A DNA stretch of 64,000 bases from Bugula neritina (Eukaryota > Animalia > Bryozoa), in assembly GCA_964035545.1 (NCBI GenBank), contig OZ037771.1, forward strand, positions 62,001-126,000. The letters run 5' to 3'. The notes under the pieces were generated by a model that ran no database searches, had not been told where the DNA came from, and saw nothing but the letters and a program-made list of their open reading frames with translations. Position 1 is the stretch's first letter. Every line of letters starts with the position of its first letter. This document shows, piece by piece, positions 51,786 through 64,000 of the stretch. Both the position numbers and the translations under genes were made by a program.

Positions 51786-53085
51786 AACTTACTACTGATG
51801 AAGTGTTATTTCTTTCTCCTCAAACCAACTAGTTACAATAAATACAACCTGATATACAGTGTTTATTCTTATGATATAATACACTATGATATAATATACA
51901 ACAATATAATAGGTACAGTAGACTATAATGTAATACACTACACTATATTACAATACAGTACACTATAGTATAATGCAGTGCACTCTAGTGTAATACACTA
52001 TAGTATAATAGGTACAGTACACTATAATACAACACAGTATACTATAGTATAATGCAGAATATTTAGTAATATAATGCAGCGCACGATAATAATATATTGC
52101 CGTACACTGTATTGGAGGCACACGATGTGATTATGCCTGGAGTTGTTTGTTCCTGACGGAGTGTTGTTACGCTGTATGTAGAGAGAGCACAACTTTAAAT
52201 TAAATCAATTGTTCTGCAACAATTAATATGGAGTATGGTGTAGGTGTGGCCTGTGTGGTAATGATAGGGTGGGTATAGAATATAATTGTGTGTGTTCAGT
52301 GGAGAGAGTGTAGAAAAGAGACTGCAGCAGTGTGAATGGAGGAGAGACTGAAACATCAACTAGGATTCTGTAATACTGAGTGCTCAACCTAGAGGTCTGA
52401 CCAAGATAGGATCTGAAGCTAACGTCTAAGCATAACATATTAATACCCAAACCTCCAGCTGGCTGTACAGTGAGTTGATAAACAAGTTGGACTAACAAAT
52501 ACAGTTAAAACATAAATACTAAATTTTTTTCTAAACCTGGATAGGCCGATGATATGATCACCATTATCATTATGATTCTTAAATAACTATAATCATATAG
52601 AATGCTAACTACTATTTATGATTTATACATAATAATACTAATACAGTAATAGTGGTACTGCACTCAGCTGTGCTATCTTTAAGAGAGTTTCTAGCTATAT
52701 AATTAGATATAAAGGTGGTGTTGGCAACTGGGTAAATGAAATATGTGAGTTGATAGTAGGCAGCAAAAGTGTTGGGAGTTTATTCCAATTTTTGTTGCAG
52801 TTTACAAAAGCAAAGTATACAATTCTAGGTTTCAATTTTGATCAATGCTCCAGATCACTTCTATTGCTATTCCTAACACCAATTATCTACTATTTATGCC
52901 TGAAAGCAACCAAATAGCTAAATTCATGTGTGCTGTTATTAAATGCCTTTTTTAAAGTTTAAAGCATTTTTGAAGACTTTCAATCTAAATAATTAAAACC
53001 AGTTAATGCTACCCTCTGCACAAAACAGCATAAAACAAGTGTAAAACAAAACATATTTGTATTACTAGATATTCTTATGCAAGCA

Positions 53086-53513
53086 TGTAGTTGGCTATAG
53101 TGTTAGTTATATGTTAGCTATGTAGTTAACTATAGTGTTAGTTATATGTTAGTTATGTAGTTGGCTATAGTGTTAGTTAAATGTTAGTTATGTAGTTGGC
53201 TATAGTGTTAGTTATGTAGTTGGCTATAGTGTTAGTTATGTAGTTGCTATGTAGTTGGCTACAGTGTGAGTTATGTAGTTGCTATGTAGTTGACTATAGT
53301 GTTAGTTAAATGTTAGTTATGTAGTTGGCTACAGTGTGAGTTATGTAGTTGTTATGTAGTTGGCTATAGTGTTAGTTAAATGTTAAGTTATGTAGTTGCC
53401 TATAGTGTTAGTTATATGTTAGCTATGTAGTTGGCTATAGTGTTAGTTAAATGTTAGTTATGTAGTTGGCTATAGTGTTAGTTATATGTTAGTTATGTAG
53501 TTGGCTATAGTGT
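53086..53513. repeat. Degenerate tgtagttggctatagtgttagtta repeat
   Basis: direct inspection. Confidence 0.85.
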
Positions 53514-54451
53514 AAGGTACAAGCTGGTACAAATCGATATTGGTTTAACATGGATTCTATAGAGTTTAAAAGGATTTGCTGAGACTTGATAGAAAGTATT
53601 ACATAATCATGAAAATATGAATATACAAGTATTCTACTTGTAGTTAAAAGGACTGAAGGGCACTCATACACTGAAACACACACTATTTATAGTAAATGCC
53701 TCCCCCCCTCCCCCCCACTTTTTGTTTTTGTAACTTTCGCACAGCAAAGTAATTGGGTCACCGGCAGTATTAGAGCAGCAGACGACAATCAGTCATTATA
53801 AAGTTGTATTTATCTTAAAGTTAGTCAAGCAGAGTTATATTCATCTTAAAGTTAGACAAATAGTTAACATTTCATGAGATTAAGGAGAAGTAAAAGTATG
53901 TTTTTTCTAAATAAAATAATTTGAATATCTTGTCAATTTGAGTACTTGAATAGATTAACCTGTATTTGTAATATGTTTTTAGTAATAAATGCCATCAATT
54001 TATATAGTTATCAATTTATATCAGTTTTAGTTATAGATATTATCAATGTTATTAGCATAATTTTTTGTTGTGTGTATATAAATCTTGTTGTCAGCTAAGT
54101 TATACTAGTGTAGCGTAAGCAATGTTGTCTCTCTTTTAAACTTCACGGAGTTTAAAATAATAAAGTAAATACATCATCAGTGAACTTCATCCCCAAAGTC
54201 TCTGAATTGCTACACAGTGATTCGAATCAGTTTTTGTTCTGCAAATATTTTGGTGTTGTTGATTCAGATACTACACTTTTGTCTACTACATGGGTATTTG
54301 AAGGAGTTAAAGTTGAGAGTTAATAGTCGACAGAATTGAAATACAGCCTCCAGTTGACAAGTTCAGCTTACACTAACCATGATATGACCCAACTTAAGCA
54401 AGTCTAAAGTTGCATTCCTACTTGCTTTCACTGTCCAGCCAGCAGCTAATC

Positions 54452-57167
54452 ATGGAGGTACCTATCAACAGCATTTCCATGCACTTAAGGACCTAGTACT
54501 AGTACTATAAGGAACAATACACTAACTGTGCGGCTAGCTGAAGTTATGTAACACCATGCTATTTTAGGTAGAGTTATGTAATGCTATTCACACCCTTAGA
54601 ATATTGCAAACCCCTTTCCCCTACTTGTTTAGCCATTTCTTATATATTCTGATGGCAATGATTTCCACCACTACTGAGATTACAAAAGAGGCTATTTTAT
54701 TACTAGTCATGTCTGATCTATTCACTGATATACTAGTACACTTATGCACTGTAACTACTTTCTGCACACTGTAACTACTCACTATACACTGTAACTACTC
54801 ACTATACACTGTAACTACTCACTATACACTGTAACTACTCACTGTACACTGTAACTACTCACTATACACTGTAACTACTCACTATACACTGTAACTACTC
54901 ACTATACACTGTAACTACTCATTGTACACTGTAACTACTCACTGTACACTGTAACTACTCACTATACACTGTAACTACTCACTATACACTGTAACTACTC
55001 ACTATACACTGTAACTACTCACTGTACACTGTAACTACTCACTGTACACTGTAACTACTCACTGTACACTGTAACTACTCACTATACACTGTAACTACTC
55101 ACTATACACTGTAACTACTCACTATACACTGTAACTACTCACTATACACTGTAACTACTCACTATGCACTGTAACTACTCACTATACACTGTAACTACTC
55201 ACTCTATTCTCAAACTATTGACCAATACTGTAGATTTAATTGTAGAGTTCAAGGTTACTAAGACGAAAGTTCTGGCTCTTTGCAGTGATAACTATATTTG
55301 TTATATATACATTCTCCCTTTACACAAAGCATACCAAAGGTAAGTCAACTTTACCTCTCAGTCCTACTATGAAACTATCCTATATCTACTGTTACTATAT
55401 ATATTACTAGTATATCTACTGCTACTGCTACTATATATATCTACTGATGTGTATTACTAATATATTTACTGTTCCTATATATTACTAGTATATATACTGC
55501 TACTATATATTACTAGTATATCTACTGTTACTATATATTACTAATATATCTACTATTGTTACTATATATTAGTAGTATATCTACTGTTACTATATATTAC
55601 TAATATATCTACTATTACTATATATATATATTACTAGTATATCTACTGTTACTATATATTACTAATATATCTACTGTTACTATATATTACTAGTATATCT
55701 ACTGTTACTATATATTACTAGTATATCTATACTGCTACTATATATTACTAATATCTCTACTACTGCTACTATATATTACTAATATATATCAATTTGTATT
55801 TCAATTCGTAGATAAATTAGATCATATAGATACTTTAAAAGGTAAGAAAGCTGACAATAAAGTGAAGGTTCAAGCACATGATAACCAATCAGCCAAAATA
55901 GTCAACACTGAAACAAAACAGTCAGGTATTTAGTTACAGCGGCGTGTGTGTGCTCATGCATGCGCTCGCGCGTGCGTGCATGCGTGTGTGCGTGTGTAAA
56001 AGTGTATTGCTGCATACTTTATACTATATTATATTGTACACTACATGTTGTTATATTTCAAAATAATAATTAAGTGCTTTACATTTTAGTCAGTCAGAGA
56101 GTTGAGAGTAAAAATACAGAGCCTGTGAGAAGAGTTATGTTGGCTGTAGCCCCAAGTGAGTAACACAAGAATGGCTATACTCTGTATATGATATTCTCAG
56201 TAAATTTGATGCTATACATAATATATACTCAGTATATATTATTATGATATGTAATGTATATTATACTCACAACATATGATGCTATATATATACTATATAC
56301 GCAAAATATAATACAGGTTGGATCTGTAACGAAGGAAGACTGGGAAACAAAATGTACATGACCGCCTCCACTTATGTCACTGCCATGAGACTCAACGCTA
56401 CATTTGTCTCGGCTGCCGATGGTTGTGAATGGCCAAAAATATTTGCTGACTTGTTTACTGCCTTCTCCTCTTCAGTCAAGCTTTTGCCAACTTCAGAGTT
56501 GAATAAGTGGACTTTGGTAAAGGAGAAAGCGTTCACAGAATTTGAGCCCATTCTTTCACACGATGGCCACAACATCATCGTCGGCGGTTTCAGACAGACA
56601 TGGAAATATTTTGACAAAGACCATGAAGTTACAGCCCTGAGGCAACTATTAATTTTCACTGAGAAATATGAATCGAGTAGCAGACAGACACTGGATCGTA
56701 TTCATGGCCTTTTCCCCAACATCCATCAGCCCATCTTTGTGGGGGTTCATATACGAAAGGGAGATCTGACAAAGCCAGGGCCTGCAAAGTTTGGTTACCA
56801 GGCAGCGGATATACGTTTTTATCAATCAGCCATGAGGCGTATGACATCCGTGTTGAACAATTCTAGCTCTATTATATTTGTTGCTGGCTCCGACAGTCTT
56901 GTGGAAGCAAAGCAGCTCCTCTCTAATTTGAGTAAAACATATAATATTGCCTGGCTAAGTGGAACAGCATACGAAGATTTTGCAGCTTTATCCAAGTGTA
57001 ACCACACTATCATAAGTGGTGGCACATATGGTTTCTGGGCTGCGTGGATGGCCAATGGTAAAACTATTTACTTCTCTCAGTTTGCCCGTGCAGGATCTCA
57101 GTTTGAACAAGAATACAATAAGCAGAACTTTTTCTTGCCATCGTGGACTCCAGTAGCTTGGAACTAG
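54452..57167 (+). CDS. Alpha-1,2-fucosyltransferase (GT11, FUT1/FUT2-like), intact copy, ~376 aa
   Basis: Exons 54452-54457 (ATG GAG), 55246-55339 (type II TM FWLFAVITIFVIYTFSLY), 55812-55925 and 56090-56155 (stem), 56317-57167. GT11 motifs GRLGNKM, FVGVHIRKGD, EDFAALSKCNHTIISGGTYGFWAAW. Confidence 0.88.
54747..55203. repeat. 20-bp minisatellite, ~23 copies (FUT copy 1 intron)
   Basis: unit cactgtaactactcacta(t/g)a. Confidence 0.95.
55381..55790. repeat. ~28-bp degenerate minisatellite
   Basis: tatatctactgttactatatattactag variants. Confidence 0.8.
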
Positions 57168-57432
57168 GTTCAGTAGTAGTACATTAGGAGTTAACCAACC
57201 AACTGCTAAATAATTATTACAATGCTACTTTCCCTTTAACATGTATAATAAATGCCAATGCTTCTCTAACGTGATTTATTCTAGTAGCAAGGCGCTGTTG
57301 TTCAAATAAATCAGTGTTAGTTTTTTGTCCAATTTAATTGTAACAAATAAATTTAAATAGTTCAATGAAATGTCTAAACAATATACCTATTTATTGCAGT
57401 ATTTATAAAATTTATTTTTTGATACTCTTTTG

Positions 57433-57917
57433 CAGGGTTGGAGTCAATTACATGTAAATGTAACTACTTACAATTACATGAAAGATTGTCAATTACAATT
57501 ATAACTACAGTTAAATAATGTAATTAATTGAAATTACATGGCAATGTAATTAATTACAATTACTTCTGTTCTCACAAGAGATAAATAGAAGTTATGCAAT
57601 CTCACTTCTAGGGTCCAAATACTAGGGGCAATTTTGACAGTAGTGAACCTCTTTTGTTCTCAACAGTGATACTAGGCCACATTGACTTAATTTGAACTTG
57701 TTATTTAACAGTAGGCATGGTAGGAAAAGTATGACATTTTTAAGACTTTAAAGTTCGAAATAATTGACTTGTAATTACAAAGTAATTGTAAGAATCAGTT
57801 ACATTACATGTGAAATCAATTACAATTACATTTTCATACATCAATTACACATGTATTACATTCAATTACTTGAAAAAATGTAATTAATTACAACAAATTA
57901 CAATTACCCCAACCCTG
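57433..57917. mobile_element. MITE, probably hAT-derived, 485 bp
   Basis: Ends CAGGGTTGG...CCAACCCTG; subterminal AATTAC/GTAATT repeats at both ends; flanks ctcttttg and atctcttg (6/8 match, possible decayed 8-bp TSD). Confidence 0.7.
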
Positions 57918-58893
57918 ATCTCTTGTAGGTTTTTTGTATGTTGTGTTTTGCAGTTGTATTATAGTTATTAATATAGTTCAAGTAAAGTCACACTAACATA
58001 GTATTAATAGTCACCTTTGGTCACCTTTCATCACTGTGGTCCTGGTACCAAGCCCTACCAGACATAGTCTTAATACCTATGTCTATTAGTAGCTACCTAA
58101 CCTATTGCCTACTTAACATAGTATTAATATAGTGTAGAGCTTCCTTGGAGTTCTAGTTCTACTATGCCTACATTTCATGAGGTTAGTAATTGTTCTTATA
58201 CACATATGTCTACAATCTACAGCAGAAACAGCACCTGACACTGGACTGTTCACTCAGAAGTACTCTGTACAGTCTGTAGCATTTACTAGTCTGCTCAAAA
58301 TTAGTAAGGGTTTCTGTATTGTTCTAACTACAATGTTTGGACTACCTAGTAACAGGTGAGATAGCCTAACAGTACAGATGGGGATTCACTGATATGGAAA
58401 CTACATGAGTAATTCACAAACAGAATTTACATTAGCCCAAGTATTAACATGTGTAGTGTAAAACTAAACAAGGGAAGAAATGTTATATAGGGCCTATCAG
58501 TATGTTCATTTTGTTAATTGACAGTCATTCTTTTTGTTGTGTAGAGAGAGAGCACAACTCTAAATTAAATCAATTGTTCTGCAACAAATAATATGGAGTA
58601 TGGTGTAGGTGTGGCCTGTGTGGTAATGATAGGGTGGGCATAGAATATACTAGTGCATGTTCAGTGGAGAGAGTGCTCAACCTAGATTATGTTAGGGTGT
58701 ATCAGTGAGTTCCCCACACATCAAGATAGGAGCTGGAGCTAAAGTCACAGCTAAACAAAGAATACTATGATAAACAATAACTTAGTGAAATGATCAACAA
58801 GTGTACAACCTACTTGTAATACTTATAAAACTATATTATAATAAAATACAACGCATTGGCTTTCATTTACATTTTTATATGTTTGTATCATCT

Positions 58894-59297
58894 ATTATGA
58901 ATAAGTATTCGAAAAAAAAAATTGTGGTTTTATTACTTTATTAGGCAAAGTAATTATTAACAAATATTTCGGGCACCACTGTGCCCATCTTCAGAGTAAC
59001 AATTAATGTGGAAAATTCAACAGTTATGACGTTGCGATAAACTTGTTTTTTATATTACATGAGTCAAAAAGTATACTGATTTCTTTGCATAAAAATTACT
59101 TAGAGTTGACAAAATATAAATATCTGTATTATATATAAAAACAACATGGGTTCGTGAAAAGTGTTTGGAAGTTGCGAAGTGTAAAACATACTGGTAGGTA
59201 TAGTTTTAGTGGTATGGAGTAATTTAGTAATATTAGTTAATTGCTTTGCCTAATAAAGTAATAAAGCTACAATGTTTCTCGTATACTTATTTATAAT
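58894..59297. mobile_element. Element with ~60-bp imperfect inverted repeats, probable Penelope-like relic
   Basis: 58894-58955 is the reverse complement of 59239-59297 (core tttattactttattaggcaaag); a hammerhead-like core abuts the left arm. Confidence 0.5.
58952..59004 (-). ncRNA. Minimal type I hammerhead ribozyme-like motif (possibly degenerate)
   Basis: Minus strand: aattgttact-CTGAAGA-t-GGGCAC-agtg-GTGCCC-GAAA-tattt-gttaataatt. Conserved core, perfect 6-bp stem II, imperfect stem I, only a minimal palindromic stem III. Confidence 0.55.
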
Positions 59298-60219
59298 TAC
59301 ATTTTTAGCTAGTAAAGATATATTTATATTATCTATTAGTATTATCATAATTAATAATTTTAGCCCTAAATATTATAAAAATTGTAAAGGTTGGTTGCTA
59401 CACGCCTATGATTTATTGAAGTGCTATGTTGAGTTACATTAGAGTTAAGCTAGCTTTCCAAAGATGAACTTATTGATAAAACAAAAAGCCACTCAGTCAC
59501 AAATACATTGCATAACCACATGCCTGTTGGGCGTATTATTAGCTGGCATTGGTTTGGTAGCCCACCCACTGGTTGCATAAGCCTGGTACTGGGGTTCCAC
59601 AGCTATTCAATAAGCTATTCTGGAAACATTTAGCACCACCAACAGTACGAAGTTGGTGAGTTTAGTAATGTGATAAGGTACCACTGTACAGCAAATGTTC
59701 CAGCTACATCACTAAGGAGGAGCACGGGTACTCATATCATTGTGGATATTATGCTTATAATTTATTGCAGTTTTGCTGAAGTAGCTTATAAACTCTATTG
59801 TCCATTGTGTTTTTTGAATAGTTAAGCAGTCAATGGTACTAAGATTGGTGAAACCTATTCTGTGGCACTGACACAGTTCAAGTTTATTTAGTTGTAAAGC
59901 TACAAATACTATCACAGTTATTAAAGAATAATTATAAACTCACTTTGGCAGACACATAATATAAAGACAGATTCTAAATTCCTTTAGGCTTTCATTTAAT
60001 CTAAGTTGAAGACAAATTTCTTTATCCTTCTAAAGAAAATAACTTTAAAAATAATATTAATTTTATATTTTGATCAAATTGTATTATTACTTCATTTAAC
60101 TAACTGTACAGTTTAAGTTGTCTGCAGCTTATTCCTATTGTCAGGTGCAAGCAATGGGTTAACACACTGTTTGCTCCTTATAGTAAAGCAGTGAATCACC
60201 TTCCAGCCAGAAGCTAATC

Positions 60220-63200
60220 ATGGAGGTACATTATTTACTAGCTCCATTATATACATCCGTTCCTGTATTTAGTGTTCCATTGTGAATAATACATTAGCTA
60301 TGCCTAGACTAGATGGTAACACTGTAACTACTCACTATGCACTGTAACTACTCACTATACACTGTAACTACTCACTATGCACTGTAACTACTCACTATAC
60401 ACTGTAACTACTCACTATACACTGTAACTACTCACTATGCACTGTAACTACTCACTGTAAACTGTAACTACTCACTATACACTGTAACTACTCACTGTAC
60501 ACTGTAACTACTCACTATACACTGTAACTACTCACTATACACTGTAACTACTCACTGTACACTGTAACTACTCACTGTACACTGTAACTACTCACTGTAC
60601 ACTGTAACTACTCACTATACACTGTAACTACTCACTATACACTGCAACTACTCACTATACACTGTAACTACTCACTATACACTGTAACTACTCACTATAC
60701 ACTGTAACTACTCACTATACACTGTAACTACTCACTATACACTGTAACTACTCACTATACACTGTAACTACTCACTATGCACTGTAACTACTCATTGTAC
60801 ACTGTAACTACTCACTATACATTGTAACTACTCACTATACACTGTAACTACTCACTACACACTGTAACTACTCACTGTACACTGTAACTACTCACTGTAC
60901 ACTGTAACTACTCACTGTACACTGTAACTACTCACTGTACACTGTAACTACTCACTATACACTGTAACTACTCACTGTACACTGTAACTACTCACTATAC
61001 ACTGTAACTACTCACTATACACTGTAACTACTCACTATACACTGTAACTACTCACTATACACTGTAACTACTCACTATACACTGTAACTACTCACTATAC
61101 ACTGTAACTACTCACTATACACTGCAACTACTCACTATGCACTGTAACTACTCACTATGCACTGTAACTACTCACTATACACTGTAACTACTCACTGTAC
61201 ACTGTAACTACTCACTATACACTGTAACTACTCACTACACACTGCAACTACTCACTATACACTGTAACTACTCACTATACACTGTAACTACTCACTATAC
61301 ACTGTAACTACTCACTATACACTGTAACTACTCACTGTACACTGTAACTACTCACTATACACTGTAACTACTCACTATACACTGTAACTACTCACTGTAC
61401 ACTGTAACTACTCATTATGCACTGTAACTACTCACTATACACTGTAACTACTCACTATACACTGTAACTACTCACTATGCACTGTAACTACTCACTATGC
61501 ACTGTAACTACTCACTATACACTGTAACTACTCACTATGCACTGTAACTACTCACTATACACTGTAACTACTCACTATACACTGTAACTACTCACTATAC
61601 ACTGTAACTACTCACTATGTACACTGTAACTACTCATTGTACACTGTAACTACTCACTATGCACTGTAACTACTCACTGTACACTGTAACTACTCACTGT
61701 ACACTGTAACTACTCACTATACACTGTAACTACTCACTATACACTGTAACTACTCACTATACACTGTAACTACTCACTATGTACACTGTAACTACTCATT
61801 GTACACTGTAACTACTCACTATGCACTGTAACTACTCACTATACACTGTAACTACTCACTCTATTCTTAAACTATTGACTAATACTTAAACTCTTAACTA
61901 TTTACTTATCCTGCAGATTTATTTGTAGAATGCAAGAATACTAAAGTTCTGGCTCTTTGCAGTGATAATCATATTTGTTGTATATACATTCTCCCTTTAC
62001 ACAAAGCATACCAAAGGTAAGTCAACTTTACCTCTCAGTCCTACTATGAAACTATCCTATATCTACTGTTACTATATATATTACTAGTATATCTACTGTT
62101 ACTATATATATTACTAGTATATCTACTGCTACTGCTACTATATATATATCTACTATATACTATATATAAGTGCTTTACATTTTAGTCAGTCAGAAAGTCA
62201 AGAGTAAAAATACAGAGCCTGTGAGAAGAGTTATGTTGGCTGTAGCCCCAAGTGAGTAGCACAAGAATGGCTATACTCTGTATATGATATTCTCAGTAAA
62301 TTTGATGCTATACATAATATATACTCAGTATATAATATTATGATATGTAGTGTATATTATATTATACTCACAGCATATGATGCTATATATATACTATATA
62401 CGCAAAATATAATACAGGTTGAATCTGTAACGAAGGGAGACTGGGAAACAAAATGTACATGACCGCCTCCACTTATGTCACTGCCATGAGACTCAACGCT
62501 ACATTTGTCTCGGCTGCCGATGGTTGTGAATGGCCAAAAACATTTGCTGACTTGTTTACTGCCTTCTCCTCTTCAGTCAAGCTCTTGCCAACTTCAGAGT
62601 TGAATAAGTGGACTTTGGTAAAGGAGAAAGCGTTCACAGAATTTGAGCCCATTCTCTCACACCATGGCCACAACATCATCGTCGGCGGTTTCAGACAAAC
62701 ATGGAAGTATTTCGACAAAGACCATGAAGTTACAGCCCTGAGGCTACTGTTCATTTTCACTGAGAAATATGAATCGAGTAGCAGACAGACACTGGATCGC
62801 ATTCATGGCCTTTTCTCCAACATCCATCAGCCCATCTTTGTGGGGGTTCATATACGAAAGGGAGATCTGACAAAGCCAGGGCCTGCAAAGTTTGGTTACC
62901 AGGCAGCGGATATACGTTTTTATCAATCAGCCATGAGGCGTATGACATCTGTATTGAACAATTCTAGCTCTATTATATTTGTTACTGGCTCCGACAGTCT
63001 TGTGGAAGCAAAGCAGCTCCTCTCTAATTTGAGTAAAACGTATAATATTGCCTGGCTAAGTGGAACAGCATACGAAGATTTTGCAGCTTTATTCAAGTGT
63101 AACCACACTATCATAAGTGGTGGCACATATGGTTTCTGGGCTGCGTGGATGGCCAATGGTAAAACTATTTACTTCTCTCAGTTTGCCCGGGTAGGATCTC

Positions 63201-63268
63201 AGTTTGAACAAGAATACAATAAGCAGAACTTTTTCTCCCCATTGTGGACTCCAGTAGCTTGGAACTAG
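60220..63268 (+). pseudogene. Second GT11 alpha-1,2-fucosyltransferase paralogue with premature stop (probable young pseudogene or null allele)
   Basis: Exons 60220-60225, 61929-62016, 62186-62251, 62418-63268. 10 of 271 aa differ from copy 1 in the catalytic ORF. In-frame TGA at 62420-62422 where copy 1 has TGG (Trp). The 114-nt stem exon is absent. Confidence 0.75.
60320..61860. repeat. 20-bp minisatellite, ~77 copies (FUT copy 2 intron)
   Basis: same unit as 54747-55203. Confidence 0.97.
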
Positions 63269-64000
63269 GATCAGTAGTAGTACGTATGTAAATTTAACCT
63301 ATCAACTGTTAAATAATTATTACCATGTTAATTTTTGTCCAACATGTGTAATAAATGCCAATGAACTCAAATAACTAATATTAACAAGTGATAAGCTTCT
63401 GATATTTTGATTATCATTATGATTATATTAATATTATTATATTGATATTTTAGTAGCAAGTTATTGTTGTCTAGAAGTAAAAGCAAATGATTATTAATCA
63501 CTATGACTATCACTTATCACTTTTAGTATCCAGTTTTATCTGACTTCTTTTTATTTAGTTTTACAAGATACAGTAATATTAATACTAGTAGTAATGCTAG
63601 TAGGGGCTGTGAGGCAAATTCTATTGATATTGATAAAATGATATTCATATTGATATTATTAATACTGATTACTTAAACCGAAACTCATCAACATGAAAAT
63701 GGTAATGGTTCAACTCTGGCATGACCATGATTATCATTATGATAACAACTGATATTTAGTATTTTCATTGTGATTGTGGTTGTTAATCGTTGTGTTCTAA
63801 ATCTATAATATTAATGCTAAATCTAATAAAATACTCAAGTCTGCTCTAGCCTCTATAAGTTTTGTTAGTTTAGTAAAATTTTCAACTAAAAAGTAAAAAG
63901 CAAAGCTCTCACAAGCTTGTTGTATTATTATAAAAATGTGTTTATTACTGCCACTTACAAAACTTTCAAGTTTTGTATTACAAACTTACCAAGTTACAGA

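Noticed and set aside
56352-57167. Intronless, horizontally acquired bacterial GT11 gene
   Set aside because: Upstream spliced exons give a type II TM, a stem and the GRLGN motif, so the ORF-track ATG is internal.
62420-62422. TGA as selenocysteine
   Set aside because: It aligns to Trp (TGG) in the paralogue, not Cys, and I see no SECIS-like element.

Overview
AT-rich invertebrate (metazoan) genomic DNA; the taxon cannot be fixed from sequence alone. Bases 1-45156 (minus strand) hold a Fat/FAT4-type giant protocadherin gene. I traced 52 coding exons by hand with GT-AG junctions and consistent phases (~4,700 codons: cadherin repeats, EGF, LamG, TM, cytoplasmic tail); it runs off the left edge. 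Divergent on the plus strand are a 5-exon mitochondrial ribosome recycling factor gene (MRRF) and two tandem GT11 alpha-1,2-fucosyltransferase paralogues. The second paralogue has lost a stem exon and carries a TGG>TGA stop. The most unusual feature is that most introns are filled by their own private, highly homogeneous minisatellite. In at least nine introns the repeat unit spans the exon/intron junction, so the donor or acceptor is multiplied 5-36 times. In four of these, only 25-37 nt of intron would remain if the extra copies were removed. A probable hAT-type MITE and a hammerhead-like motif inside an inverted repeat (Penelope-like relic) lie between the fucosyltransferase copies. Most long ORFs in the supplied track are artefacts of the repeats. 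Copy numbers are hand estimates.
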